Shown here piece by piece: positions 38,772-47,456 of a stretch of DNA of 64,000 bases. The notes beneath the pieces were generated by a model. It worked only from the letters and a program-made list of their open reading frames with translations, had not been told where the DNA came from and did not search any database. The first letter of the stretch is position 1; each line of letters starts with the position of its first letter. The DNA lies in NCBI GenBank assembly GCA_963827235.1, contig CAWHAE010000018.1, forward strand, positions 224,001-288,000. The letters are read 5' to 3'. Made by a program: the position numbers and the translations under genes. Source of the DNA: an uncultured bacterium. GTDB lineage: Bacteria; Chloroflexota; UBA5177; JANWHV01.

Positions 38772-39865
38772 GCATCGCCTCCTCGCCGTAGCGGTTTGTA
38801 CTCCATGTCGTAGCCAAAGGCGCGCGGTCCAATGACCGCCAGCGCCTTCGGCGTGGCCATCAACGGGTGGCAGGGCAGTCCCAGCACCGCCACGCGCAGG
38901 CCATAGCGCAGCACTTCCGTCGTGATCGGCTGTCCCGACTCCAGATCCACCATGCAAATGAGGTCGGGTACGGTCGCCACCGGGCTGCCGTCGCGCCGGG
39001 CGACCAGATTCTCGTTTTGCAGGTCGATTTCCAGCATGGATCCGTTGTCAGCACCCAGCCCATGCAGCGTGGCGCGTCCCACGGCGAACCCGCGCGAGAG
39101 CCGCCGGTTGACGTCCACGACCTTGCCCTCGAACAGCAGCACGCCGTCGCAGGCGGCCAGGACCGCTTCCACCGGGTTGCTCTTCGCCCGGCGGGCGCGC
39201 TGCACAGCGTAGCCCAGATCTATCGCCTTGGTCACCGCGTTGGGCACGCTGTACTGCCGGATGAAGCTCCCGCGCATGGGAGGGAAGGCGTAGCCGGCGG
39301 CGGCACCCATGTCCACCGCCGTGGCACGCGAAAGCCGCTCCAGCCAGAACATGTCCTGCGTGCCCGTGAATACCACGTGGTTGCCCTTATCGTCCGCGAT
39401 AGCAGCCGGGGCAGGGGCATGGCCGTAGATGAAGAACGTGCACATCTGCAGCTCGGGAAACGCGCGGCCCATGCCGTCCCCGTCCACGACCGGGAGTCCG
39501 GCTTGGATGGCCGTGATCATCGGCTCCATGGAGTTTGCGCCGCCGATCTCGCCCGAGATGAGCGCGGTCACCCGCTCACCGGACGCGCGTTGCACGGCCC
39601 GCAAGGCCTGAAGGCATTCGTCGCCGCGCTCGATCTTCTCGATGCCTACGACCGGCGCGCCGATCCCGCCTACGCTGACCACTCGATCCTCGTCGCTCAG
39701 CTCCTCAAGCGGCAAGAGGGTCAGCTCGCCGCCGGTCGCCAGCAATTGTTGCGTGCGGAGCCGCCCGATATGCGGATTGCCGCCGCCCCCAGTACCGAGG
39801 ATGGCGGCGCCGATCTCGAGGGCCTTGACGTCGTCAAGCGTAAGAGTACGACCCTGCCTAGCCAA
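38768..39865 (-). CDS. DUF917 family protein (copy 1)
   Basis: GAAILGTGGGGNP, EIGGANS, DGDGMGRAFPELQM, QNENL, VPDLIC. TTG start overlaps the hydantoinase stop. Confidence 0.93.
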   Translation of the reverse strand: MARQGRTLTLDDVKALEIGAAILGTGGGGNPHIGRLRTQQLLATGGELTLLPLEELSDEDRVVSVGGIGAPVVGIEKIERGDECLQALRAVQRASGERVTALISGEIGGANSMEPMITAIQAGLPVVDGDGMGRAFPELQMCTFFIYGHAPAPAAIADDKGNHVVFTGTQDMFWLERLSRATAVDMGAAAGYAFPPMRGSFIRQYSVPNAVTKAIDLGYAVQRARRAKSNPVEAVLAACDGVLLFEGKVVDVNRRLSRGFAVGRATLHGLGADNGSMLEIDLQNENLVARRDGSPVATVPDLICMVDLESGQPITTEVLRYGLRVAVLGLPCHPLMATPKALAVIGPRAFGYDMEYKPLRRGGDA

Positions 39866-41402
39866 CGGCCAGATCCCCGACCGCCTTGACGTGGATGCGC
39901 GTGGCATTGCTCGGCAGGTAGGCAAGCGGCACTTCCTCTACCTCCACGATCTGCACGCCGCCGGCCGCCGCGCCCGCTTCGATCGCCCGCTCTGTCGCCT
40001 GGCGCTTGGCATCTTCCAGCGCCTGCTCGCGCGGTACGTCGGAGAGCGCATAGACCCTGTCGATCTCACCGCTGACCTGGGCGATCGCCGCCCCGACGGC
40101 ATTTGCCACCTGGAAGTACGGCGGCCTGGTCGCCGTCAGCACGCCGATCTGCTCGCCCACCAGGATGCTGCCGCCGCCCACGACCAGCACAGGCACCGGC
40201 TCCGGTGTCAGCAGCATGCGGTCGCATGCCTCCGCGGCCATGCTCTCGATCGTGTCGACCGCTCGCCGCACCATCTTCTTCTCCAGGCCGCTCACGCGCC
40301 CGACTTCGCCGATCTCGGCCATTCCGGCCGCCACGGCCACGTCGGTAGCCGTGAGCGTGGCGCCGCCGAATACGAGGCCCTCCTCGACCAGCTTGTAGCC
40401 CACGCTCTGCGGCCCAACCGTGAGGCCCCCATTCTCAATCACCAGCGAGCCGCCGCCTAGGCCTATGCTCAGCACGTCGGGCATGCGGAAGTTGGTGCGC
40501 ACGCCGCCCACTTCGATCGCCACGCCCGCCTCGCGTGGGAATCCGCGGTGCAAAGCTCCAACGTCGGTGGTGGTACCGCCGATGTCGACTACCAGTGCCT
40601 CCTGCAGGCCGGAGAGGAAGGCAGCACCGCGCATGGAGTTGGTCGGGCCGGACGCGAAGGTCAGCACGGGGAAGCGCTTGGCGTACTCCGCGGTCATCAG
40701 CGTGCCGTCGTTCTGCGTGAGGTAAAGCGGCGCCGTGATGCCCGCATCGGCGAGCGCCTTGGCAAACGCCCCGAGCACACGTTCGCCCAGGGGCTGCAGA
40801 CAGGCGTTCAGAATCGCCGCGTTCTCGCGCTCGAGCAGACCGATCCGCCCGATCTCCTCCGAGATCGTGATGCGCGCGTCGGGCAGCTCCTCGGCGAGTA
40901 TCGCCGCCGCGCGCTTCTCCATCTCGGGGTTGATGGGCGAGAAGACGGCCGACACGGCGATGGCCTTGATACCGCGCTCCCGGATCTGCCCGGCGATACC
41001 GCGCAGCTCTGCCTCATCCAGAGCGGAAATCTCGCGCCCGTCGAACTCGTAGCCGCCGTGTGCGAGGAACCAGCAGTTGCCCACGGCGTCGCGCAGATCC
41101 TCCGGCCAGTCGACCATGGGGGGCAGAGACTGCGCGGCCGGCAGGCACAGCCTGACCGCCGCCACGCGGGCCAGATCGCGACGCTGTACCACGGCATTGG
41201 TGAACTGCGTGGTACCGATCATCAGGGCGCCTATTTGCCCAGGGCCGACCTTCGCCTGAGTGAGCAACACGTTCAGCGCGGCCGTGATGCCGGCTGTGAT
41301 GTCAGCTGAGTTATTCATCTTGACCCAATCGACAACCCGCGTGCCGTCCATGGCCACGGCGTCTGTATTGGTGCCGCCGACATCGATCCCTATTCTGAGC
41401 AC
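39858..41402 (-). CDS. Hydantoinase/oxoprolinase A-type (actin-like ATPase) protein
   Basis: IGIDVGGTNTDAV, GLLERENAAILNA, SGPTNSMRGA, DIGGTTTDVG, RTNFRMPDV.SIGLGGGS, ANAVGAA. Confidence 0.94.
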   Translation of the reverse strand: MLRIGIDVGGTNTDAVAMDGTRVVDWVKMNNSADITAGITAALNVLLTQAKVGPGQIGALMIGTTQFTNAVVQRRDLARVAAVRLCLPAAQSLPPMVDWPEDLRDAVGNCWFLAHGGYEFDGREISALDEAELRGIAGQIRERGIKAIAVSAVFSPINPEMEKRAAAILAEELPDARITISEEIGRIGLLERENAAILNACLQPLGERVLGAFAKALADAGITAPLYLTQNDGTLMTAEYAKRFPVLTFASGPTNSMRGAAFLSGLQEALVVDIGGTTTDVGALHRGFPREAGVAIEVGGVRTNFRMPDVLSIGLGGGSLVIENGGLTVGPQSVGYKLVEEGLVFGGATLTATDVAVAAGMAEIGEVGRVSGLEKKMVRRAVDTIESMAAEACDRMLLTPEPVPVLVVGGGSILVGEQIGVLTATRPPYFQVANAVGAAIAQVSGEIDRVYALSDVPREQALEDAKRQATERAIEAGAAAGGVQIVEVEEVPLAYLPSNATRIHVKAVGDLAVG

Positions 41403-41496
41403 GTCCTTCCGATCCTTTCCATTCAACGAACGCGGTGCCATGACGGCCGGCACCATTGCCACGAGAAGCGACGAACTGCCTCGAACTTGAATGCTC

Positions 41497-42516
41497 CTAG
41501 CGACGCTCGTGCAAGAAGCATCGCACCTCCGATCCCTCCACCGGATAGAGCGGCGGCGGACTGTGCCAGCAGCGCTCGCTCGCGTGGGGGCAGCGCGGAG
41601 CAAAGGCACAGTATTCCCCCGGCTTTGCCGTGGCCGCGGCGTGGTGCGTGCCCTCCTGCACGGCAGGCGGCCGGATGAGCATCGCCTCCTCGGGCGTGAT
41701 CACGGGTACGGCGGAGATCAGAAGCTGGGTGTAGGGATGCTGCGGTGCCGCGAACACGCGCGCCGTGTCCCCGCTTTCCTGAACCTTCCCTTCGTAGAGC
41801 ACCAGGACCCGGCCGGCGATGGTGCGTACCAGGCTGATGTCGTGGGTGATGAACATGTAGGATAATCCTAGCCGCCGCTGCAGCTCGAGCAGTAGGTCAA
41901 TCACCTTCGCCTGTACCGAAACGTCGAGCGCCGACGTCGGCTCGTCGAGGATCAGCATCTCGGGACCGGCTGCAAGGGCCCGCGCGATGGCAACGCGCTG
42001 GCGCTGGCCACCGCTCAGACCGCCCGGGTGACGGGCGGCGAATTCCGGCGGTAGCTCGACCAGACCAAGCAGCCGCTCGATCTCGCGTCGCGCAACAGCG
42101 CCGCGCATGCCGCGGTGGATATGCAGGGGCAGCGCTAAGGCCTGTCCGACCGTCCGCCGCGGGTTTAGAGCCGAGGCAGGGTGCTGGAAGACCATCTGCA
42201 CGCGCCGCTTTTGATCGCGCGATCGCTGCCCGGACTCAGGCGGAAGAGCCTCGCCATCCAGCAGGATGGTGCCCGTGGTCGGACGGTAGAGGCCGACGAT
42301 GCTGCGAGCGATCGTTGACTTGCCCGATCCCGACTCGCCGACCACGCCCAGGATCTCGCCGCGGCGTACCACGAGCGAGACGCCGTCCACGGCCCGCTTG
42401 AGCTCCCGGCTTCCTCTCGTCTTGAAGTGCTGGCGCAGATCCTGCACCGACAGGATTGGTCCTTCCGGATCGCCGCGGCCGTCCGCGGTCGCGCGCGTCT
42501 GTGCGTCAGCGGCCAT
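41497..42516 (-). CDS. Oligopeptide/dipeptide ABC ATP-binding protein (OppF-type)
   Basis: GESGSGKS, LSGGQRQR, LDEPTSALD, HPYT..L, C-terminal CAFAPRC..C..C. Confidence 0.95.
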   Translation of the reverse strand: MAADAQTRATADGRGDPEGPILSVQDLRQHFKTRGSRELKRAVDGVSLVVRRGEILGVVGESGSGKSTIARSIVGLYRPTTGTILLDGEALPPESGQRSRDQKRRVQMVFQHPASALNPRRTVGQALALPLHIHRGMRGAVARREIERLLGLVELPPEFAARHPGGLSGGQRQRVAIARALAAGPEMLILDEPTSALDVSVQAKVIDLLLELQRRLGLSYMFITHDISLVRTIAGRVLVLYEGKVQESGDTARVFAAPQHPYTQLLISAVPVITPEEAMLIRPPAVQEGTHHAAATAKPGEYCAFAPRCPHASERCWHSPPPLYPVEGSEVRCFLHERR

Positions 42517-43540
42517 CGTACAACCAGCAGGCTACGCGATGGTCGTCCGCCCCGGCTGCAAACGACAGCGGGCGCTGTTCGGCGCAAATGGGCATGGCAT
42601 GCGGGCAGCGCGGATGGTAGCGGCAACCGCTTGGCGCCTCCGTATAGTTCGGCAGCGTGCCGGGGATACCCTTCGCGATCATCTGTCCCGTCAGTCGCGG
42701 CACGCATTCAAGCAGGGCGATCGTGTAGGGGTGGCGCGGGTTCGCAAACAGCTCGGCAGTTGCCGCTTCCTCCACCACGATCCCGGCATACATCACCGCC
42801 ACGCGGTCGGTCACCGTGCGCACGACGCCCATGCTATGCGTGATCAGCAGGGCGGAGCGGCCCTCCTCGCGTACCAGCCGTGTGAACAGTGAGAGAATCT
42901 CGGCCTGCACGGTGACGTCCAGCGCCGTGGTCGGCTCGTCCGCCACGATCAGCCAGGGATCGGTCGAGAGGGCCAGGGCAATGGAGACGCGCTGATTCAT
43001 GCCTCCCGAAAGCTGGAAGGGATAGGCACGCAACACGCGGCCCGGATCGTCGAGCTGCACGTGGCGCAGCAGGGCCTCCGCCCGCTCGTCAAGCTGGCTG
43101 CGCGAGAGGCGCTCGCCCCGCCGGCGACCGGCCTGGCGCAGTATCTCCCGCATCTGATTGCCGATCGTGAAGACCGGGTTGAGCGATCCGACCGGGTCCT
43201 GAAAGACCATGTTGAAGTGAGCCAGGATGACCGCGCGGCGATCGCGCCGCGACATGGTCCGCAGGTCAGCGCCGTCGAACTCGACCAGTCCCTCGATCTG
43301 CGCCGGCGGGCTGGCCAACAGGTCGAGCACCGCGCGCATGAGGACGGATTTGCCGCATCCGGTCTCGCCCACCACGCCGATCAGCTCGCTGGCGGCGATC
43401 TGCAGGTTGGCACGATCGATCACGCGCGCCCGGCCCTCGAAACTGCGGAAGGTCACGGACAGATCGACCAGGCGCAGGCTATGCGGCGTGTGCTTTGGCG
43501 ACGCGAAGGCGCCGGTACCGGGCTCCACTGAGTTACGCAT
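42506..43540 (-). CDS. Oligopeptide/dipeptide ABC ATP-binding protein (OppD-type)
   Basis: GETGCGKS, LSGGMNQR, ADEPTTALDVTVQ, GCRYHPRC. Confidence 0.95.
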   Translation of the reverse strand: MRNSVEPGTGAFASPKHTPHSLRLVDLSVTFRSFEGRARVIDRANLQIAASELIGVVGETGCGKSVLMRAVLDLLASPPAQIEGLVEFDGADLRTMSRRDRRAVILAHFNMVFQDPVGSLNPVFTIGNQMREILRQAGRRRGERLSRSQLDERAEALLRHVQLDDPGRVLRAYPFQLSGGMNQRVSIALALSTDPWLIVADEPTTALDVTVQAEILSLFTRLVREEGRSALLITHSMGVVRTVTDRVAVMYAGIVVEEAATAELFANPRHPYTIALLECVPRLTGQMIAKGIPGTLPNYTEAPSGCRYHPRCPHAMPICAEQRPLSFAAGADDHRVACWLYDGR

Positions 43541-43542
43541 GC

Positions 43543-44448
43543 TCAGACATCCACATCGAACAGATCTCGCAGCCCGTCGCCCAACAGATTGAAGCCGAGC
43601 ACCGCTACCACGATCGCCAGGCCGGGGAACACAGTCTCCCACCAGCCGCTGGGAAGGTCGCCGACTCCTGCCGACACCATGGTGCCAAGGTCCGCCTGCG
43701 GCGGCTGCACGCCCAGTCCCAGGAAGCTCAGCGCGGCGCCGATCAAGATCACGAAGCCGGCATCCAGCGTGACCTTGACCAGCACCGCGGAGGCCGCGTT
43801 GGGCAGAATCTCGCGGAACATGATGTGGATCGAGCCGGCCCCCATCAGGCGCGCCGCGTCTACGTAGTCCTCCTGCTTCAGCGACACGGTGATGCCGTGC
43901 ACCAGCCGGGCATGCCAGGTCCACCAGAGGGAGGTGACGGCGATCATCGCGTTAAACAGGTTAGGAGTGAGCACCGACGTGATGGCCATGGCCATGACCA
44001 GCGGCGGCACGGAGAGAAAGACGTCGGTCAGCCGCATCAGGACAGTCTCGATCCAGCCGCCGTAATAGCCGGCTACCAGGCCGATGATCACGCCCATGGG
44101 GACGCCGATGGCAAGCACGAAGAGCACCAGCACGAGCGAGGTCTGGTAGCCGAACAGAACCCGGCTGAAGAGGTCGCGGCCCGCGTTGTCGGTGCCGAAC
44201 ACGTGCTGCCACGTGGGTGGCTGCAGCATGTGCGTAAAGTCCACGAAGCTGCCCGCGGCGCTCGGGTACGGAGCGACCAGCGGAGCGAGCAGCGCGACCA
44301 GGATGACCGCCACGGTGAGGATGAGCCCGACCACCGCGGTGGAGTTGCGCGCGAATCTGTACCAGCCCCGCCGCCAGCTTTGCCTGCGCAGAGTGCCCAG
44401 GCTGGTCTGCGGCCCGCCCTCGGAGGTTGCGGACGCCGGCACTTCCAC
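43543..44448 (-). CDS. ABC permease (OppC-type)
   Basis: HVFGTDNAGRDLFSR, YVDAARLMGA, LSFLGLGVQPP. Confidence 0.95.
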   Translation of the reverse strand: MEVPASATSEGGPQTSLGTLRRQSWRRGWYRFARNSTAVVGLILTVAVILVALLAPLVAPYPSAAGSFVDFTHMLQPPTWQHVFGTDNAGRDLFSRVLFGYQTSLVLVLFVLAIGVPMGVIIGLVAGYYGGWIETVLMRLTDVFLSVPPLVMAMAITSVLTPNLFNAMIAVTSLWWTWHARLVHGITVSLKQEDYVDAARLMGAGSIHIMFREILPNAASAVLVKVTLDAGFVILIGAALSFLGLGVQPPQADLGTMVSAGVGDLPSGWWETVFPGLAIVVAVLGFNLLGDGLRDLFDVDV

Positions 44449-44449
44449 G

Positions 44450-45472
44450 CTACACCGTCCCCTTCAGCCTGATGCGCGGGTCGAGGTAGCCACGCAGCAA
44501 GTCCATTGCCAGATTGGAGATCGAGAACATGACGCCGACGATCAGCACCACGCCCACGATCGCGTTGAGGTCCTTTTCCAGCATGGCGCGCACGCCGTAG
44601 CTGGCCATGCCCGGCCAGCCGAACACCTGCTCGATCAGGAAAGCCTCGCCGAATAGAGAGGCGAAGGTCAGACCGACCACCGTCAGGGCCGGGATCAGCG
44701 CGGGCTTGAGCGCGTACTTGAAGGCGATCCGGGCCCGCGGCACACCGCGCAATCCCATCGCCTGCACGTACTCGCGTCGCAGGATCTCCACCATGCTGGC
44801 GCGTACCAGCCGCACGACCTGCGAGAGTCCCGCTGCCGCAAGGGCAATGGAGGGCAGTATGAGATGCACGAGCGCGCTGCCGAACACCTGGAAATTGCCT
44901 ACCAGCAGCGAGTCGAGTGCCACCATGCCCGTAATCGTGTGGTGGAACTCCAGATTGGGACTGAGCTGGCCGCTCACCGGTAGCACCCCGAGCGCGTAGC
45001 CGAATACGAGCTGCAGGCAAATGCCCACCAGAAAATCCGGGGTGGCAACGCCGAACAGGGCCAGCAGGCGGGCTATCGCGTCGATCGGTCCATCGCGATT
45101 GAGGGCCGCGAGCACGCCGAGCGGAAGCCCCACCACGACCACGAGCAAAGTACTGGCCAATACCAGCTCCAGCGTGGCCGGGAACGTATCGCGAAGGTCG
45201 TCGAACACGTTGCGCCGCGTGAGAATGGCCGTGCCGAAGTCGCCGTGCACGGCGCCGCCCAAGTAACGTGCGTATTGCACCCAGACGGGCCTGTCGAGAC
45301 CGAAGTCATGATCCAGCGACTTGACCTGTGACAGCGTGGCGTTGGGACCCAGGGCGAGACGCCCTGGGTCCCCTGGCACCACACGGGCGAGGACGAACAT
45401 CAGTACCGACAGCCCCAGCAGCACGAGCACCGCCTGGGCGGTCCGGCGACCGAAAAAGGACAGCAGTTCCAC
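44450..45472 (-). CDS. ABC permease (OppB-type)
   Basis: VPGDP, FGLDRPVWVQY, FPATLEL, IEQVFGWPGM, LDPRIR. Confidence 0.95.
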   Translation of the reverse strand: MELLSFFGRRTAQAVLVLLGLSVLMFVLARVVPGDPGRLALGPNATLSQVKSLDHDFGLDRPVWVQYARYLGGAVHGDFGTAILTRRNVFDDLRDTFPATLELVLASTLLVVVVGLPLGVLAALNRDGPIDAIARLLALFGVATPDFLVGICLQLVFGYALGVLPVSGQLSPNLEFHHTITGMVALDSLLVGNFQVFGSALVHLILPSIALAAAGLSQVVRLVRASMVEILRREYVQAMGLRGVPRARIAFKYALKPALIPALTVVGLTFASLFGEAFLIEQVFGWPGMASYGVRAMLEKDLNAIVGVVLIVGVMFSISNLAMDLLRGYLDPRIRLKGTV

Positions 45473-45502
45473 CCGCTTGCCTGATTCAGACCACCGCTAC
45501 CC

Positions 45503-47158
45503 CTACGACTTCTTCAGATCGTAGAACTGGTACTGGCCCGCCGGGATCCATTGGAAGCCGGTCACGCTTGGTCGCACCGCCTGTCTCCAGAGGTCCGCGA
45601 GCATGAACACGTCGGGCTGCAGCGCCACGATGCGCGCCTGAAGCTGCTTGTAGATCGCATTCCGCTTGGCCGTGTCCACGGTCAGGCGCGACTGGTCGAT
45701 CAGCTTGTCGACCTGGGGGTCGTTGAGCCATTCCATGGACGACCAGCTACCGGACGACTTGGAGTCGTACTGCTGGAAGAACATGCTGTCCGGCGACGGA
45801 TAGAGCACGTCGTAGAACACTTCGGTTACGTTGGGCGTGTCGCTGATCTTCGTGGCAAGCTCGGTGATCCGGTTCCAGGGCTGCGGGCTGATGCTGACCT
45901 TGAAGCCCAGCGGGCTCATGATGCTGTTGAAGAGCAGGGCAATCTGCGACTCGAAGATGGCGCCGGTGACGTAGCTCAGGGTGATCGGAATGTCGCCCTT
46001 GCCGGCATACTTGCTCTTGGCAAGCTCCGCCTTCGCCGCGGCCAGATCCTGCTTCGGCACCGGCAGACCGGCGTCATAGGCATCCTTGAACACCGGCGAG
46101 AGCGGGCCGCCGATCGCCGCGCCCGGACGCAGGTCGTTGCGCGTCGTCGTATAGTCGAAGGCCAGGGCGATCGCCTTGCGCACGTGAATGTCGTCGGTAG
46201 GGGGGATGCGCGTGTTCAGCTTGAGGTAGAACACGCTCGTGGTGGGCGACGACCAGATGTTGAAGCCCAGGCTCTTGAGTGTCGTGTAGGTGGTGTTGCT
46301 CTGGTAGTTGCTGGTCATGTCCAGCACACCGGTCTTGGCCAGAGAGATCACGGTGGGATCCGAGGCTGCCGAGAAAACCAGCACGCGCACCTCGTCGATT
46401 GCTCCGGCCTGCCAGCCGCGGAAGTAGCTGGGGAAGCGCTTCATGCGGAGCTCACTGCCCTCGACGTCGCTTTCCAGCGTGTACGGACCGGAACCGGCCT
46501 CGTTGGAACCGAGCCACGCCTGGCCATAATCACCATCGGCGCCGAACTTGCCGGACTTCTGGTGCGCCTTCAGCGTGGCCTTTTCCATGATGAACAGAAC
46601 CGCCATGGTAGACGGGAACGGCGCGAAGGGCGTGTGCAGCGAAAACTGCACCGTATAGCGATCCAACGCCTTCACCCCATCGGCGGTCAGATAGCCCAGC
46701 CAGACGAAAGAGTAGCCCTGGTTGATGGCAAGGATTCGCTGCGTCGTGTAGACGACGTCGTCGGCCGTCACCTCGTTGCCGCTGTGGAACTTGACACCCT
46801 TCTTGAGGTAGAAGGTGAAGGTCTTGGCATCCGGCGAGGCGGTCCACCGCTCTGCCAAACGGCCCGTCATCGCTCCGCTGGCGGTAGGAGTCAAGAGGGT
46901 ATCGTAAAAGTTGATAGAGGCCATGTTCTGGGTATAGTCGGTGCCGATCGCCGGATCGATGTTGCCGAACACCTGCACGGTATTCAGGGTCAGGGTATTG
47001 GAGCCGGCTTCCACGCGTTCTGCGTGGACGTCGAGTGCGGTGGACAGTTGGGCGAGCGTGGTAGCGCCGATGCCTAGGGCGGCAGCACGTGCCACGAAGT
47101 CGCGACGCGACAGATCACCGGCTACCACAGACGCGAGGAGTTGATCCAGCTTGCTCAC
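45503..47158 (-). CDS. ABC substrate-binding protein (family 5), Tat-exported
   Basis: SRRDFV Tat motif, LKKGVKFHSG..VTADDV, GSGPY. AGGAGG RBS before GTG 47158. Confidence 0.94.
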   Translation of the reverse strand: MSKLDQLLASVVAGDLSRRDFVARAAALGIGATTLAQLSTALDVHAERVEAGSNTLTLNTVQVFGNIDPAIGTDYTQNMASINFYDTLLTPTASGAMTGRLAERWTASPDAKTFTFYLKKGVKFHSGNEVTADDVVYTTQRILAINQGYSFVWLGYLTADGVKALDRYTVQFSLHTPFAPFPSTMAVLFIMEKATLKAHQKSGKFGADGDYGQAWLGSNEAGSGPYTLESDVEGSELRMKRFPSYFRGWQAGAIDEVRVLVFSAASDPTVISLAKTGVLDMTSNYQSNTTYTTLKSLGFNIWSSPTTSVFYLKLNTRIPPTDDIHVRKAIALAFDYTTTRNDLRPGAAIGGPLSPVFKDAYDAGLPVPKQDLAAAKAELAKSKYAGKGDIPITLSYVTGAIFESQIALLFNSIMSPLGFKVSISPQPWNRITELATKISDTPNVTEVFYDVLYPSPDSMFFQQYDSKSSGSWSSMEWLNDPQVDKLIDQSRLTVDTAKRNAIYKQLQARIVALQPDVFMLADLWRQAVRPSVTGFQWIPAGQYQFYDLKKS

Positions 47159-47244
47159 GATCGAAGCCCTCCTACAACTGGTAGTAGCACTACTCGACGC
47201 TGAGCAGCCGCATACACCTGCAACGCCGAACAGATACGGCGAGG

Positions 47245-47258
47245 AATCATATATGATT
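47245..47258. promoter_or_regulatory. Palindromic GntR-type operator 1
   Basis: AATCATATATGATT, perfect 14-bp palindrome just downstream of the minus-strand promoter. Confidence 0.7.
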
Positions 47259-47264
47259 GCATGT

Positions 47265-47294
47265 ACCGTAAGCGATGGCTGCAATGTCTGTCAA
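47265..47294 (-). promoter_or_regulatory. sigma70-type promoter of the ABC/hydantoinase operon
   Basis: TTGACA (47294-47289)-N18-TACGGT (47270-47265). Confidence 0.55.
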
Positions 47295-47360
47295 GCGCCG
47301 GCTCGCGGCCCCTATACGAAACCGCAACGGAACGGATGATGCCATAGCGCCATCGGTGAC

Positions 47361-47374
47361 AATCGTATATGATG
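47361..47374. promoter_or_regulatory. GntR-type operator 2
   Basis: AATCGTATATGATG, 12/14 match to operator 1, upstream of the GntR fusion gene. Confidence 0.6.
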
Positions 47375-47456
47375 TGGCGGTGAACGGCAGCATGCGACAC
47401 AAGGTATGGTCAAACGCGCCGTTGCGTTATGCGGAGCCTGCTGGATTGGGGAGTCT

